Of a DNA stretch of 64,000 nucleotides, positions 61,246 to 64,000 are shown piece by piece. Under the pieces are notes generated by a model. That model was not told where the DNA came from and made no database searches. It worked only from the letters and a program-made list of their open reading frames with translations. Origin of the DNA: Podarcis filfolensis (taxonomy: Eukaryota); NCBI GenBank assembly GCA_964270895.1, contig OZ185439.1. One strand, written 5' to 3'. The first letter of the stretch is position 1. Each line of letters starts with the position of its first letter. Made by a program: the position numbers and the translations under genes.

Positions 61246-61555
61246 TTTCCCTAGCCACTCTGGGCAGCTTCCAACAAAGATTAAAGACACACTAAAACAT
61301 CAGTCATTTAAAAACCTCCCTGAACTGGGCTGCCTTCAGATGTCTTCTAAATGTCAGATAGTTGTTTATCTCTTTGACATCTGATGGGAGGGCGTTCCAC
61401 AGGGCAGGTGCCGCTACTAAGAAGGCCCTCTGCCTGGTTCCCTGTAACTTGGCTTCTCGCGGTGAGGGAACTGCCAGAAGGCCCTTGGTGCTGGATCTCA
61501 GTGTCCAGGCAGAATGATGGGGGTGGAGATGCTCCTTCAGGTATACTGGTAAATG
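61246..61555 (-). mobile_element. L2-clade LINE 3' fragment (ORF2 C-terminus plus 3' UTR)
   Basis: - strand translation YLKEHLHPH...LRS...RQRAFLVAAPALWNALP..VKEINNYLTFRRHLK is a typical L2 ORF2 end. Confidence 0.88.
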
Positions 61556-61880
61556 TTGTTTAAGAGTTTGTAAGTTTTCAGGCATTTTGTATTGGAGAAA
61601 TACAAGGGCTCCGTACTTTTATTGGGTGGTTTTCTGCCCTTTCTCACTCCTAGCCCCTGTTCCTTGACCTTGCAGCTGTTCTTGCCTATGCTTTATCATT
61701 CTTAGCCTTTGCTCATCTCTGTCCTTGTCCAAATTCTATGATGAATTATTTAGGAACATGCCCTGTAGGAACATTTTATTGGGAATTTGCTACCAAAGAG
61801 GGTAATTTTCTTTTTAAAATAAAATTAATAGAATTTGATTTAAAGTGGTGATTGTTGATGAGTTAATATTTTTCTTGCAG

Positions 61881-61979
61881 ATAATTTCTTTGTGGATGAT
61901 TATGCTAGATTTACATTCATGGATTCCAAGCACAAGACAGCTGCTATAGCCAACAGCATGACCTACATGACCAAGAAAG
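61881..61979 (+). CDS. UGGT1: UGGT1 exon 20 (NNFFVDDYARFTFMDSKHKTAAIANSMTYMTKK); gene continues right of the window
   Basis: gcag|AT ... G|gtacaa; 99 nt; cumulative CDS 2167 nt in frame. Confidence 0.96.
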
Positions 61980-62527
61980 GTACAATTATGGGAGTCCTGT
62001 CTCTTTCCCTTTTGTAGTCTGCACATGAATGTTTATTCTGCTACTTCATTAGCCAGGGTTCCTTTTGCATTGTGAATCATAGCAAGGCATTTTAAAAATG
62101 TTTCTAATGATGCCATGTTGTAATCTCACTTTGCCCTCCAGTTTGATCCTTAAATGTATACCCAGTTTTATCTGATCAAGTTCTTCGGTTGTTCATAAAG
62201 GCTCCATAGATTTAGCATGTCATTATGGCTTTGCCATAATCTGAAGAACCAGGTACTGTAGAAGAAAACAGTACAGGTTGGTTCATAATGTTAAAAAGTA
62301 TTTGCATGGCATTTCTTTGGCCTGTCTAGCTTCCAGGCAGCATCATATTTTCTGTTGTCTTAATTGATTTCCTCTGCTAGGCTTGGTCTGTACTTGAAGC
62401 AGGGCAAGAGGTTCTTGCTCAGCCTGCTCCCTGATATGCTAGTTTATTACTCACAGAGCGTATTTTCTACCACCTTGCAGAGCAGCCTTCTGTGCTGTCT
62501 GGGGCTAATGGAAATTATCATTTAAAA

Positions 62528-62663
62528 CAGGCATGGCCAAACTTGGTCCTCTAGATGTTTTGGGACTACAACTCCCATCATCCCTAGCTAACAGGACCAG
62601 TAGTCAGGGATGATGGGAACTGTAGTCCCAAAACATCTGGAGGGCCAAGTTTGGCCATGCCTG
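62528..62663. mobile_element. Palindromic hAT-type MITE, 136 bp
   Basis: Long inverted arms starting CAGGCATGGCCAAACTTGG / CCAAGTTTGGCCATGCCTG; 8-bp TSD atttaaaa / atctaaaa (7/8). Confidence 0.9.
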
Positions 62664-64000
62664 ATCTAAAACATCTGGAGCGCACCAGGTTGCAAAGACT
62701 TTCAGAGTCTCCTTTTCTCTTGCATTTGCTGTGTAGACCCAACAGTAGTCAAATGCTAGTCTTGTTTATTGTGAAATGTTAGCTTGGAACTTCACCATTT
62801 AATTTCACTTAGTTTATTAATGTATATGGATATATGAGCAATATGTTTCCTTATAGAAAATGGAAGTGTTAATTGCTTTTGAAAATAGCCCAATAGCAGC
62901 CAATGGTAGTTGGTAATTGCTGGGCTTAGAATAGTATTGCAGCTGTTGCCAAGACATTTTAAAACACACCCACCCACCCTAAAATCACTAATTCTTCACT
63001 TCGTTACCACATTTCTTATTTATTGCTTAACAATAAAAGACTACAAGTTGACTGAATATATGCCAAAGGAGCAAATAAGCTTAGGAGAAAAATGGGATGA
63101 AATATAGTGCTATTGCAATTCTGCATATATGTGTAAGTTATTACTTTGGGCTTTTATAGCCATTATGGGCTTTTTTTGGTTTGGATTTTCATATAAAATT
63201 GTCAAATCAAGGCTTTATTCTGATTTATTATGCCTTTGCAAACCGTGCACAGCTTAGGTAATGAGTCTGGGAGAGAGGGGGGAGTCACATGCTCCCATCC
63301 TTAGCCCCTCTCTTCTGTCTCTCTGCTAAGGCCTATGTTGGCACCAACTTTAGCTACAGATAATACGAACCAGAGATTGCTATTGACTGCGATTGAAGCC
63401 AATCTCAACAACCTGGTTAATATAAATCCTGAAAAAATTTCTCCTTGTTGTCCACAACCCTGGTGAAGTTGCAAGTAAGAGATGAAGAATTAGAGGAAGC
63501 ATAAATATGTCAAATTCTGTGTTGGATTGTGTCTGTGGGCTTCAGCAATTCTTCTGAAGAAACAGACTTCCTTGCTTCATTCTAGTGATGTACCACAAAT
63601 ATAGAACATGCTCCCTGTTTGATTTTGAACAGCACATGAAAACATTCTTGATCCTCTCTGGCTTTTGATGTAGGAGTATCTAATGTGTTTGTTTTGTAGT
63701 GTGTGTGTGTGTGGTTTTATTTAGTTCTCTTCTATAAGTCACTTTGAATATAACAGCTAAGGAAGGGCACTTGAGACATTCTACAAAAGCTTAGTTTGGG
63801 GATTTTGTTTTGGTAGATTTATCAATGATTGACCAAGTCTTCTTGCCTGTCTAGGCTTTTAACACCAGCAACTTAAAAAAGGGGTAAACTAAACATTTTA
63901 TCCATCATTAAGGAACCCGCTCATTAAGACTCATTACTAGAGGTGCCCTTGGCCTCATCTTACAGTGGTTTTTTGAATTGTTTCGGATATTGAGCTCCAA

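Noticed and set aside
61980-64000. Expected short next UGGT1 exon (recalled as 24 nt, GMSSKEIY, in human)
   Set aside because: No match found by eye in the remaining 2 kb. It probably lies beyond the window, so absence cannot be claimed.

Overview
This is eukaryotic (vertebrate) genomic DNA, not a prokaryotic locus. The repeat content (Sauria/Squam-type SINEs, CR1 and L2 LINE fragments, hAT and Tc1/mariner MITEs) points to a squamate reptile, probably a lacertid lizard. It holds three intron-containing genes in the order known from human 2q14.3. AMMECR1L (- strand) has its 5' part here: a CpG-island first exon, the ATG exon 8935-9379 and exon 234-344, and it continues off the left edge. SAP130 (- strand) is complete: I traced 20 coding exons in frame from ATG 35635 to TAG 17504, giving 3171 nt / 1056 aa. 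UGGT1 (+ strand) has a non-coding first exon and 19 coding exons (44240-61979, 2167 nt) and continues off the right edge. SAP130 and UGGT1 are divergent, with promoters only about 4.3 kb apart. Most ORFs in the supplied track are chance, GC-island, antisense or repeat-derived frames. There are no CRISPR arrays, tRNA or rRNA genes. The most novel-looking signals are: (i) a compact three-exon unit with a textbook poly(A) site nested in the long AMMECR1L intron, which can be spliced into a 50-aa smORF; (ii) a GC-AG intron in SAP130 with a competing GT donor 4 nt away that predicts an NMD isoform; (iii) a candidate second SAP130 promoter/first exon with a uORF whose stop overlaps the main ATG; (iv) no upstream ATG in UGGT1 exon 1; (v) a candidate solo LTR between the divergent promoters. 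All exon calls come from manual reading of splice sites and frame. Protein identities rest on recalled homologue sequences; no database search was run.
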